Positions 29,043 to 38,742 of a stretch of DNA of 64,000 bases are shown piece after piece. Each line of letters begins with the position of its first letter. Position 1 is the first letter of the stretch. The DNA is from a virus: positions 36,912-100,911 of the IMG/VR virus record IMGVR_UViG_3300017917_004441; one strand, given 5' to 3'. The translations under genes and the position numbers were made by a program. The notes under the pieces are model-generated. The model made no database searches, was not told where the DNA came from, and was given only the letters and a program-made list of their open reading frames with translations.

Positions 29043-32000
29043 TTTAGGAAATAACGATAATATATTTGTAGATTTTGATTGTCAAAACATCATATTGGTT
29101 GACCCCAATAAAACTCAAAATGATGATGGTACAGTTTCAGAAAGAAAACTAGCGCACGAAGATTTGGTTATGTATGCCAACTTGGAGGCGAGAGTTATCC
29201 CAAGAACAAAATTGGCTGTTGGAGCACCAATTTCGGACGCTGTTAGAAATATACCTTTGGCCTCCATGAATTTTCTCAGACCTGGTGGAAGAACACAACT
29301 GAGAAATGATTATTTAGATGAGATTACGGGATTGAATTCCCAAAGTGGTAAAGGTACTAACCAACCTAGTAGGAATAGTATCCAACAAGAAAACAAAACT
29401 GACGAATTCTACATTTCAGAAAATGTCATCAACCCGTTAGACACAGGTCTTTTGGGTATTGAATCCATCAGAATTCAAAACAACAGGAGCGTTACACCGA
29501 CTGTACAAATGGTTTTGATAGATACACAAGGTAGGGCACTATTTGAAAAAGGAGAGAACTCTGAATATGCTGCATTCTTTAATCTACCATATCCTATATT
29601 TTATTTGACGCTAAAAGGATACTACGGGAAGGCTATCAGATATCAGTTAATACTGACAAATTTTTCAGCGGCTTTTGAAGGTAACACAGGTAATTACAGA
29701 ATAAACCTAACTTTTTACTCTTACAAATATACCATTTTAGCTGAGACACAAGTTGGTGCTTTGTTTGCGTTACCATACATGTATGCTAGTGATTTTAGAG
29801 TACAATCAACGGGGTTAGAGCCAGCTGCAGTCCAAGCCGCCCGAGCCTCATTAGGGAATGACAAAACTACAACTCAAGTCATACGATCAACCAAAGGGTA
29901 TTCCAATATCCGAAACATGTATGCAAAATACAAAGCTCTTGGATTGATACCAAAAGATTTACCTGAATTATCAATACCGGAATTGCTAGCCAGACTTGAG
30001 TTATTACAAAGAAATATAATTCAAGGATTCGGACAGGCTGACTTTAGTCCATTGTCGGACATACAGAATTACAACAAACTTCTCACTGATTTTTACAATG
30101 ATGTTTATTCTTCTAACGAAAATTCTTGGTTTTCAAGGTACATAGACCGAGAAAATATTTTTGTATTCAAATCAAAGGTTGAAGACACCCCACCTAACGA
30201 AGAACCTGAATTACAGTATGTTTATTTGTATAAGAATAACATCGGTTCAGATACTCAAGCAAGTTTGGATGCCTACACACAATTGAAACAGATTGTAGAC
30301 TCATACAAATCCGCCTTAGCAAAAAACCCAACATTAGGTTTGAACGGGTCGTATACAATAGATGGTGTAAAAGATGACTCAACTAAAATAACGGCAATCA
30401 ATAAAATCAATGTAATCAATCCATCCAAGAGTTTGGATCAGAGTAAGGTTCTCATTGAGGATACTTTCAGAAAGGCAATTGGACTCAATGATATTGATTG
30501 GGAAGCGACATATGTGGCACGGAACAAACGAGAGGGTACCGCCTTTGAAGTATTGGAGTTACAAACCAAATCCGCAAATTTATTCAGACCTACTCAAACA
30601 AACGTAGGTGGATTGGCAATATTCTACCCCACTTACAATTTTATTTTTGAGGGTAAAAATCAATTTACAGGAATTTACCAACAAATTTTCAATGATGTAA
30701 ACAAACAGAAAGAAAAAATTGTTTTGGCTCTTGGTGCCTTTTTAGAAAAGAAAATTGAAGGTCCAAATGGATTAGGGTTTAGACCATCACTGAGAAACAT
30801 TATGGCCATGATATTCGCATCTATTGAAGGTTTCTATCTTCTATTAGATGATGTACACACGGACGCTTGGTCTCAAAGACTCAATAAAAAAAGAAAACAG
30901 GCCATATTCAACCCAACCATTTCTTCAGCAAATCCTGACACATATCAAAATACACCAACAACAACTGCTCCTAATTTGGGGGATATACCGGTTTACCCAT
31001 GGCCTCAATACTTGGTTGACACCAACGCTGAGGATGATGAACCGTTTGAAATAAGATATCCTGGTGAACCAAGTCAAATCGCAAGGACAGGCGCGAACGA
31101 TTTTGTTGCTTGGCCTGAAGTAGAATTTGTTGAGGAATATATCAAAGGATTATCTAAAACTTTGGATGCACCACCGTCTCCAAATGGAAATGCCAATCTA
31201 TCAAGAACTATATCAAGGATTTCAGTAAATGCCGTTGAATTCCCAATGACAAATATTCCATATTCTGATTACCAAGCAGTAAAGTTTTTGTATGAAATAT
31301 ACGAGCGTGTTTTATTGGCGGCATATTGGGACCGACTATCAAAAGGAGGACAAGAAAATTTTGAAATTTACAAAACACTATCCGACTTAGAAAACGTAAA
31401 CATACAAACATCATTACTTGGGGCTAGCCCACAATTGACTAAAATCCTTAAAAATGTTGCTTTATCACCTATAAATTATTTGGACGTTTTGAGAAATTCT
31501 TCCAACGATGGTACAGGACCAAGTTGGCAACAACTTATTCGTGGTATTTTCACCTCTGAGTATCTAAGGGGTATCACGACTAAGGATTATGGTATTCTCC
31601 CTAATACAACATTTTCTAACTCGTCTGAATCAACTAATCAAAGTGTTGATTCATTAGGTAAGATTCAACAATTTATTAAGGACACAAAATCCAATCAAAC
31701 TGACATTGCAGATTTATATCCTTTTGTTGATACCAATTGGACTAAATTCAATTTGTCTTCCTTTGTTAGTACGGAGAATACATATTTGACAACCAAGAGC
31801 CTGTATGTCAACGACACAAAAAAGTTCATCACCAATTTCCAAGACGGTCTATCTCAGAATGAAAATAGGCCTTTCACAAGTGGTGAATTTTTGATTGTAA
31901 ATCTTCCTGAACTTGACAACTCAAATGGGCAGAACAAAAGTTTTGATACGTTCTACTTGGAGAGAACTCTATCGGGTAATTACTTGGTAACAGAAGGACC

Positions 32001-35000
32001 TGTCAATTATCAAAATAAAACAGGTAAAGTTATTGCGGAACAAACAACCTCAATGATGAATACACCGTTTTTTATCAACGCAATTGATGATGCGGTAACA
32101 AGACAAAAATCCGCAGATTTAAATCCATATATACTTCCAGCGTATTTGTTTTTGAACTCACTACCTTTGAGTACACTTAGAGAAAAATACAAAAACGTTA
32201 GTCCAACACAAAATACAGATTTAGATTACATATTTGCAACGATGACCAAGTTTGGTGGTATTCACAAAGTACCATATGCTTGGGTTCTAAAATATGGTTC
32301 TATTTGGCACAGATATAAAAAGTGGATTGAGACAAGTACTGACATACTGAATCCTATTTGGAGTAACATCAATTACTTTGATCTGTATGATCCTATCACT
32401 CAGAACCTACAGAAATTTTATTCCTTCCAAAACCAACAGAACAAAAATGTTGATATTGTTGCTCAAAATAATGTGAACATTGTTGGAGTAACAATCTCCA
32501 CAATGAACGTAGGTTTCTATCCTAAGTTGATCAACGATTACTATTATATTTTTACAGGTCAAGATTTGTTTACTACCTATTCGGACTCTGAATTCCAAAG
32601 TGCGGTAACACAGGGACTGAATTTGGGTAATATACAGAAGAGTTCTATCGAACTTCCATTGGGTTTTGATAATTCACAACCAGGTAGAGTCCTGAACTAC
32701 CGTACTTGGTTTACAAGTTTTGACTCAAAAGATTCACCGAAGTTTACACCGTCGTTACAAAATCAAACAATTGTAATACCATCTTTTGGTAGTAATTTCA
32801 GTCAGGTGACCGATGAGTGTTTTGTGAACACTCCAACTGGTAAAACACTTAGCCAAGAGGTATTCAATAACACTGCGATTTATGACGGATCCGCAAGACC
32901 ATTTTGGGCGGCACCTAACTTTGGATATTTTGAATTACCAAGTATAACCAAACCAAGATATGATGAATACTTCAAGGAGATCAATCCAAATGGATTCAAT
33001 CCTGAAGCCTTTGAACTACAAAACGAATATAGTAACATTGAAGAAATATTCGGTGTTCTCAAAAAAGAAATATTGGATGAGTTTGAAACTGAGTTCTTAA
33101 ATTTTTGTGCCCCACAGACAGATAGTTCTTTGGATTTTTCAATTTTGGTAAACAAGAATTTCCAAACATTACTTCAAGAACTCATGTCAATCAATGTTGT
33201 TGACAATCAAAAAACATACGAAAATTACGTAAAAGATGTTTCTGTAGCTCAAGCCGAAAAAGTTACCAACACAATAAGAACATTCCTAAATTACGATGTT
33301 GCGTTGAAGATTGGTAACCCAAGTAATTTTGATAGAAGATTGTGGGGTAGTTTCACTACAAATCCTTCAAACGAAATAGTTGATGGATTTACATGGAATG
33401 CTTATATAAACAATTCATTACCATCATCCACGGGATCAACGACTTTGGCGCTATCTATTGCCCAATATCCTCAAGCGTGGCAGAACATGTACACTTACGT
33501 TGGATTTGCATCACAAACAGGATTGACATACAGTAATAGTGGAAGTTATTATACTGATTTTTTTGTTGACTTGAATATTGAATTCACCCCAACAAATGTT
33601 CAAAACTTTGCACCACTAATTAAGATCTATGGAACACAAAAATTGTTGGCTAACGGATCATATAATTCAGTCAACTTTACACAAGATATAAATGAGTATT
33701 ACACAAATAACGATAAGTTCATAAGTCTAATTTTGACTCAGTTATTTTTTAGTCTTCAGAAACAACTTCCGAATGTAGAACAAAGTAATGAAAAACCAAT
33801 TCTTAGTGGGTTAGACGGTAATCAACAAAAAATTGATTATTGGGAGACATTCAAAGCCTTCAACGACAAATGGATTGCTGGTGGAGAATTTAGAGAAAAA
33901 ACATTATTCCAAGACGTTCTATTCTTGGATCGTGCCAACCGAGATATTGGTAATGACGTACTGATGGATGTGATAAAACTAAAAGATTTCCTATCAGGAA
34001 GTACGGTAACTAATGCCAGGGTAATTGATTTTGTTAGCAAAATCTTTATTGATAACAAGTTTCAAATGATGCCGATGCCTGCCTATATCAACTTTTGGGG
34101 TGTTGGAGAAGTTGTCAACGGACAACGACCAAGAACTGAAACAAGTCAGGATATGGCTAACTCATTGTTCGGAACCTTCTTGGATGTAGACTACAGAGAA
34201 GCTTCACCGAAGTTAGTTTGTTATTATGTTGGTAAACCATCGGAACATTTGAACCTCAAAGGTAATGAAAACTACAGATGGAAGACAGATTCCTTTGACT
34301 TTAATTGTGGTGGGGATCAACCCCTAGCGAGTGACTTGAAGAATAAGACTGACTTTGCCCTTTCAAATAGAGTTGTTGGATTCAACGTAGATTTTGGTAC
34401 AAGAAATCAAGGGGTATTTTACAGTATACAATTAGATCAGAACGGAGCTGCTGCGACATCCGAAGCTAACCGAGTAGTCACAGATATTGCATTACAGGCC
34501 GGAGGTAAAAGGGCTCAATCTCAAAGTGTATCGTTATACAATTATTATAAAGTAAGGAGCTATGAATGTAGAGTAGAAGCACTTGGAAATATGATGATTC
34601 AACCTACGATGTACTTCAATTTACAGAGAGTACCAATGTTTTATGGTCCTTATATGGTTCAGTCCGTGGAACACGTAATCCAACCCGGAGATTTCAAAAC
34701 TTATTTTACGGGAATCAGAATGCCTGTTGCGTCAATACCGAAACTGACACAACAACTTGTGAGTTTGAATGAAAATTTGTTGAGTGAATTAGTACAACAA
34801 GTACAGAGACTTAAGGAGACTGAATCTCAGTCAGTTACTAACAACGTGATTTCGGTTGGAAATTCAATAAGAAGTAACCAAGTGTTTACGGCGGCTTCGC
34901 CAGCACGTTGTGTTGCGGACATGCAAGTTGCAAACGTTAGATATAGAAATTACCAAGGTATTGAAACAACAAAGAGAGAAATTACTTTTTCTGAGTTATC

Positions 35001-35520
35001 TACAAAAATCAAATCTAAAATCTCAGATAACGCTCTGAAAGGTATTGTATTCTTCACTGCATACTTGAATGGACATACGGATAATAAATTCATCACTTGG
35101 GATTATGATTTGGGTGGAACACCGTTCGGTGGAACAATCTACAGTGGGATTTCATATAGTGAAAGAAGAGTTTTCTTCAGACCTGAGTATGGATGTAGAA
35201 CTAGTAGTGATGGTGTGTCAGTTCCATATGCGGTATTTGATTCATTTGAAAAGTCTATTGATTTTATAAATGATTATTTCAAAACCTTATACCTTAGTAC
35301 AAACTCAGTCACACAGACAAAACTAAATTGGACTACCAAGTCAGAGTACATTGCCAGTTTGGTGATACTTTGGACGGAGTGGTGGCCAACCAAAAAATTC
35401 CAAACTCCACAGCAATACCTTGGTTGGTTAAATTCCAACAAAAGTGTTGTTGAAAGTTTGAAAAAACAAGCGGAAGAAGCGGTTGAAAAAGCCATTTCTT
35501 TAGGACTTATTAACTTTTAA
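29032..35520 (+). CDS. Giant baseplate hub protein (gp27/gpD-like)
   Basis: N-terminal LGIESIRI...LTLKGYYG and near-C-terminal VEALGNMMIQPTMYF...GPYMVQSVEH...FKTYFTGIR hub signature; follows the LysM-like gene. Confidence 0.6.
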   Translation: MADNLGNNDNIFVDFDCQNIILVDPNKTQNDDGTVSERKLAHEDLVMYANLEARVIPRTKLAVGAPISDAVRNIPLASMNFLRPGGRTQLRNDYLDEITGLNSQSGKGTNQPSRNSIQQENKTDEFYISENVINPLDTGLLGIESIRIQNNRSVTPTVQMVLIDTQGRALFEKGENSEYAAFFNLPYPIFYLTLKGYYGKAIRYQLILTNFSAAFEGNTGNYRINLTFYSYKYTILAETQVGALFALPYMYASDFRVQSTGLEPAAVQAARASLGNDKTTTQVIRSTKGYSNIRNMYAKYKALGLIPKDLPELSIPELLARLELLQRNIIQGFGQADFSPLSDIQNYNKLLTDFYNDVYSSNENSWFSRYIDRENIFVFKSKVEDTPPNEEPELQYVYLYKNNIGSDTQASLDAYTQLKQIVDSYKSALAKNPTLGLNGSYTIDGVKDDSTKITAINKINVINPSKSLDQSKVLIEDTFRKAIGLNDIDWEATYVARNKREGTAFEVLELQTKSANLFRPTQTNVGGLAIFYPTYNFIFEGKNQFTGIYQQIFNDVNKQKEKIVLALGAFLEKKIEGPNGLGFRPSLRNIMAMIFASIEGFYLLLDDVHTDAWSQRLNKKRKQAIFNPTISSANPDTYQNTPTTTAPNLGDIPVYPWPQYLVDTNAEDDEPFEIRYPGEPSQIARTGANDFVAWPEVEFVEEYIKGLSKTLDAPPSPNGNANLSRTISRISVNAVEFPMTNIPYSDYQAVKFLYEIYERVLLAAYWDRLSKGGQENFEIYKTLSDLENVNIQTSLLGASPQLTKILKNVALSPINYLDVLRNSSNDGTGPSWQQLIRGIFTSEYLRGITTKDYGILPNTTFSNSSESTNQSVDSLGKIQQFIKDTKSNQTDIADLYPFVDTNWTKFNLSSFVSTENTYLTTKSLYVNDTKKFITNFQDGLSQNENRPFTSGEFLIVNLPELDNSNGQNKSFDTFYLERTLSGNYLVTEGPVNYQNKTGKVIAEQTTSMMNTPFFINAIDDAVTRQKSADLNPYILPAYLFLNSLPLSTLREKYKNVSPTQNTDLDYIFATMTKFGGIHKVPYAWVLKYGSIWHRYKKWIETSTDILNPIWSNINYFDLYDPITQNLQKFYSFQNQQNKNVDIVAQNNVNIVGVTISTMNVGFYPKLINDYYYIFTGQDLFTTYSDSEFQSAVTQGLNLGNIQKSSIELPLGFDNSQPGRVLNYRTWFTSFDSKDSPKFTPSLQNQTIVIPSFGSNFSQVTDECFVNTPTGKTLSQEVFNNTAIYDGSARPFWAAPNFGYFELPSITKPRYDEYFKEINPNGFNPEAFELQNEYSNIEEIFGVLKKEILDEFETEFLNFCAPQTDSSLDFSILVNKNFQTLLQELMSINVVDNQKTYENYVKDVSVAQAEKVTNTIRTFLNYDVALKIGNPSNFDRRLWGSFTTNPSNEIVDGFTWNAYINNSLPSSTGSTTLALSIAQYPQAWQNMYTYVGFASQTGLTYSNSGSYYTDFFVDLNIEFTPTNVQNFAPLIKIYGTQKLLANGSYNSVNFTQDINEYYTNNDKFISLILTQLFFSLQKQLPNVEQSNEKPILSGLDGNQQKIDYWETFKAFNDKWIAGGEFREKTLFQDVLFLDRANRDIGNDVLMDVIKLKDFLSGSTVTNARVIDFVSKIFIDNKFQMMPMPAYINFWGVGEVVNGQRPRTETSQDMANSLFGTFLDVDYREASPKLVCYYVGKPSEHLNLKGNENYRWKTDSFDFNCGGDQPLASDLKNKTDFALSNRVVGFNVDFGTRNQGVFYSIQLDQNGAAATSEANRVVTDIALQAGGKRAQSQSVSLYNYYKVRSYECRVEALGNMMIQPTMYFNLQRVPMFYGPYMVQSVEHVIQPGDFKTYFTGIRMPVASIPKLTQQLVSLNENLLSELVQQVQRLKETESQSVTNNVISVGNSIRSNQVFTAASPARCVADMQVANVRYRNYQGIETTKREITFSELSTKIKSKISDNALKGIVFFTAYLNGHTDNKFITWDYDLGGTPFGGTIYSGISYSERRVFFRPEYGCRTSSDGVSVPYAVFDSFEKSIDFINDYFKTLYLSTNSVTQTKLNWTTKSEYIASLVILWTEWWPTKKFQTPQQYLGWLNSNKSVVESLKKQAEEAVEKAISLGLINF

Positions 35521-35542
35521 GGATATTTATAGATAAAAAACC

Positions 35543-35767
35543 ATGGACATCAAGAAACATTTGGATAACTATCTTGGAAAAAACACAAGATTTTCCGAAA
35601 AAGCCACAGGGAACGGATACACAGAAGTGTGTGATCTAGATACAGGTGATTGCTACACAGTCAGAGATCGTGACGGTCTCATTGAAAGAGTAGATAACAC
35701 CATGAGAACTAATAGAAGAGTTCAAGTTGAAACACCACATGGAGTTAAACAATTATTAAACGGATAA
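35543..35767 (+). CDS. Hypothetical protein
   Basis: 74 aa; TATTTATA at 35524-35531; contains CDLDTGDC. Confidence 0.6.
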   Translation: MDIKKHLDNYLGKNTRFSEKATGNGYTEVCDLDTGDCYTVRDRDGLIERVDNTMRTNRRVQVETPHGVKQLLNG

Positions 35768-36424
35768 GTGATGAGTAACGTTGACAACAAAATAATGGAA
35801 GAATTGAAAAGATACAATTCTATCAACAAATATATTACAGAACAAGAAGCTGTTGCTCCTGATGTTGATTTGGCTGCGGCTACAGCTGATGCGGCACCTG
35901 AAGCTGATCCAACTATTGCGGATGCACCACCCGCAACACCTGAAGTGATTGATGTAAGTCAGGATTCTGAAGTTGAGAAAATTTCTGATACAGGTGAGAC
36001 TGAATCAGAGGAATCTTCATCAGAGGAATTGGAAATTACCGATTTGGTAAATTCCCAAAAATCAATTGAAGAAAAACAAGCACAATACTTTGATTCAATG
36101 TTCCAACAATTGAACCAACTTCAAAGTAAGTTGAGTGAAATGGATGGTTTGGTTCAGAAACTAAATGACATTGAAACCAAAATTGAAAAATACAGACCTA
36201 AAACCCCTGAAGAAAAACTTGAACTAAGAAGTTTGGATTCAGGACCATATCATCAGAAACTATCTGATTTCTTTCAAGACAAACAGGAAGATATGAGAAA
36301 GGCAGGAAAGAATGAATACGTTCTAACCGCTGATGAGGTAGAACAATTCACACCGTCAGAAATCTCTAAAACTTTTGATGACTACGGTGCTGAACCAACC
36401 GGTTCCAAATTCAAAATGTATTGA
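35768..36424 (+). CDS. Acidic coiled-coil protein, possibly a head core/internal protein
   Basis: N-terminal IMEELKR...ITEQE, an acidic Ala/Pro linker and a central coiled coil. Confidence 0.5.
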   Translation: MMSNVDNKIMEELKRYNSINKYITEQEAVAPDVDLAAATADAAPEADPTIADAPPATPEVIDVSQDSEVEKISDTGETESEESSSEELEITDLVNSQKSIEEKQAQYFDSMFQQLNQLQSKLSEMDGLVQKLNDIETKIEKYRPKTPEEKLELRSLDSGPYHQKLSDFFQDKQEDMRKAGKNEYVLTADEVEQFTPSEISKTFDDYGAEPTGSKFKMY

Positions 36425-36450
36425 TTCATGAACAAAATGAATTATATTAA

Positions 36451-36475
36451 AGGGGTCACATTGTGACCCTTTTTA
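36451..36475 (+). terminator. Intrinsic terminator
   Basis: GGGTCAC-ATT-GTGACCC followed by TTTTT. Confidence 0.75.
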
Positions 36476-36488
36476 TTTGGCGAATGAT

Positions 36489-36517
36489 TTGACGGAACAA
36501 TAAACTTGGCGTATACT
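36489..36517 (+). promoter_or_regulatory. sigma70-like promoter TTGACG-N17-TATACT
   Basis: Near-consensus; upstream of ssb; shares TTGACGG and AAACTT with the polB promoter. Confidence 0.7.
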
Positions 36518-36550
36518 TTCTATGTCTAACAATTAATTTTTTTTACAACT

Positions 36551-37393
36551 ATGGCTAGTCCACTTGACGCAGTTCTCGCTCAATACGAGAAAAACACCCA
36601 ATCCTATGACAACTCAGGTAAGATGTCACAGGAAGAACGAATGAAGAAATACTTCGCTTGTATCCTACCGCAAGGTCAGGCTCAAGGTCAACGAAGAGTC
36701 CGAATTCTCCCCACTAAAGACGGATCATCACCTTTCGTAGAGGTCTACTACCACGAACTACAGGTTGGTGGTAAATGGCAGAAATTCTATGATCCGGGAA
36801 AGAATGACAACGAGCGTTCACCCTTGAATGAAGTTTATGAAGAACTCATGGCTACAGGAAAAGAGGCTGATAAAGAATTAGCTCGTCAGTACAAATCACG
36901 CAAATTTTACATCGCTAAGGTCGTTGACCGTGACGCTGAAGAAGAAGGTGTAAAATTCTGGCGTTTCAAACACAACTACAAGAACGAAGGTATTCTTGAT
37001 AAAATCATTCCTATTTGGAGACAAAAGGGTGATATCACCGATCCCGAAAAAGGTCGTGACCTTATCATCCAATTGGTAAAGCAAAAGACTCCAGGTGGTA
37101 AAGATTACACTTCAATCCAAACTATTATGCATGACGATCCTTCAGCACTTCACACTGATGAGGCGGTTATGAAAGAATGGTTGGCAGATGAATTGACATG
37201 GCAAGATGTCTACTCTAAAAAACCTGTTGAGTACTTGGAAGCTATCGCTCGTGGTGAGGAACCTCGTTGGGATTCTGAGACAGGTAAATATGTTTATGGT
37301 GATGATGCCCTTCTATCTATGGGAGGCGGTAAATCAACCCCATTGGCAGATCCACAAGCAGGTGCAGATCCTGACGAAGATCTACCATTCTAA
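36551..37393 (+). CDS. Single-stranded DNA-binding protein (T4 gp32-like)
   Basis: RVRILP...PFVEVYYH, DITDPEKGRDLII and an acidic tail DPDEDLPF; first gene of the replication module. Confidence 0.8.
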   Translation: MASPLDAVLAQYEKNTQSYDNSGKMSQEERMKKYFACILPQGQAQGQRRVRILPTKDGSSPFVEVYYHELQVGGKWQKFYDPGKNDNERSPLNEVYEELMATGKEADKELARQYKSRKFYIAKVVDRDAEEEGVKFWRFKHNYKNEGILDKIIPIWRQKGDITDPEKGRDLIIQLVKQKTPGGKDYTSIQTIMHDDPSALHTDEAVMKEWLADELTWQDVYSKKPVEYLEAIARGEEPRWDSETGKYVYGDDALLSMGGGKSTPLADPQAGADPDEDLPF

Positions 37394-37398
37394 ATTTC

Positions 37399-37437
37399 GG
37401 ATGGTGCAGGCGTTGTCTGCACCATTCTTTTTTTTTA
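37399..37437 (+). terminator. Intrinsic terminator after ssb
   Basis: GGATGGTGCAG...CTGCACCATTC followed by a long T-run. Confidence 0.75.
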
Positions 37438-37441
37438 TAAC

Positions 37442-37621
37442 ATGGCAAGAATTGTAAAAATATCACCAGTTTATCGTTACTACGAATTACAACTCACTGA
37501 AGAACAACAAAAAATCTATGAAGAATCTCCAAATGAATTCTTGAATGATATTGTAAAAGACGAGGATTGGGTTTATATTGAAAGTACTGTCGGAGCCGAC
37601 GAATACGAATTTAAGAAATAA
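37442..37621 (+). CDS. Small acidic hypothetical protein (59 aa; absent from the ORF track)
   Basis: MARIVKISPVYRYYELQLTEEQQKIYEESPNEFLNDIVKDEDWVYIESTVGADEYEFKK fills the gap and stops 1 nt before the recA ATG. Confidence 0.65.
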   Translation: MARIVKISPVYRYYELQLTEEQQKIYEESPNEFLNDIVKDEDWVYIESTVGADEYEFKK

Positions 37622-37622
37622 T

Positions 37623-38633
37623 ATGGCACTAAAGAAAAATGATTTCTCATCACTGAAGAAGAAATTCTCTACTTCAGCAAAATACAAACCCCAACGTTTC
37701 TTTGACTTGGGTAAAGAGTTCTTGGAGGCGGTCGGTCTACCAGGACCTGCAATCGGACACATCAATATGTTCTTGGGACATAGTGATACCGGTAAAACCA
37801 CTGCTTTGGTAAAATCTGCGGTGAGTGCTCAAAAACAAGGAGTACTTCCTGTCTTTATCATCACCGAACAGAAATGGAGTTTTGAACACGCTCAGTTGAT
37901 GGGATTTGAGTGTCAAGAAGCCGTTGACGAAGAGACTGGCGAAATTGATTGGGACGGATTTTTCATCTTTAACAACAACTTCAGTTACATTGAACAAATC
38001 ACTGATTACATCAATGAATTGTTGGATGCTCAAGAGAAGGGTGAGTTGGAGTATGACTTGTTGTTCCTTTGGGATTCTATTGGTTCTATTCCATCGAAAA
38101 TGACTTATGAAGGTAAGGGTGGTAAGCAACACAACGCAGCCACACTTGCTGACAAGATTGGTATGGGAATCAACCAAAGAATTTCAGGTTCACGTAAGGC
38201 TGACTCAAAGTTTGAGAATACCCTTGTAATTGTGAACCAACCTTGGGTTGAACTTCCCGATAATCCATTCGGTCAACCTAAAATCAAAGCTAAGGGTGGT
38301 GAGTCAGTTTGGCTCAACTCATCATTAGTGTTCTTGTTCGGTAATCAAAAAGGTGCTGGCACCACGAAGATCACCGCAACAAAGGACAAGAGAACGGTAA
38401 AGTTTGCAACCCGTTCAAAAATCTCCGTCATGAAAAACCACATCAATGGATTGGGTTATGAAGATGGGAAGATCATTGTTACCCCTCACGGTTTCTTGGC
38501 AGGAAAAGATACCACCGAGGAGAAGGCTTCTATTGAATCATACAAGAAAGAATATTCTGACTACTGGAAGGGTATTATCGGTTCAGACGGGGACTTTTCC
38601 CTTCACGAGGAGAAAGACCCTGAAACACTCTAA
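37623..38633 (+). CDS. recA: RecA/UvsX-like recombinase
   Basis: Walker A GHSDTGKT, Walker B LFLWDSIG, IVNQ and KAKGG; the ATG at 37623 is preferred. Confidence 0.85.
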   Translation: MALKKNDFSSLKKKFSTSAKYKPQRFFDLGKEFLEAVGLPGPAIGHINMFLGHSDTGKTTALVKSAVSAQKQGVLPVFIITEQKWSFEHAQLMGFECQEAVDEETGEIDWDGFFIFNNNFSYIEQITDYINELLDAQEKGELEYDLLFLWDSIGSIPSKMTYEGKGGKQHNAATLADKIGMGINQRISGSRKADSKFENTLVIVNQPWVELPDNPFGQPKIKAKGGESVWLNSSLVFLFGNQKGAGTTKITATKDKRTVKFATRSKISVMKNHINGLGYEDGKIIVTPHGFLAGKDTTEEKASIESYKKEYSDYWKGIIGSDGDFSLHEEKDPETL

Positions 38634-38634
38634 T

Positions 38635-38742
38635 ATGATGCTTGCTGTAGGTTATTTTCTCATGGGTTTTGGTCTTGCAGGACTTCTGCGCAACATTTAT
38701 GAAATTTATACTTTGTTGAACCCTTCAACAGGTAACAAGTGA
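38635..38742 (+). CDS. 35-aa putative membrane peptide
   Basis: MMLAVGYFLMGFGLAGLLRNIYEIYTLLNPSTGNK fills the recA-exonuclease gap, with a GTGA overlap into the next gene. Confidence 0.45.
   Translation: MMLAVGYFLMGFGLAGLLRNIYEIYTLLNPSTGNK

Noticed and set aside
37578-37622. Upstream TTG start for recA given in the ORF track
   Set aside because: It overlaps the 59-aa ORF; the ATG at 37623, just after that ORF's stop, is more plausible.
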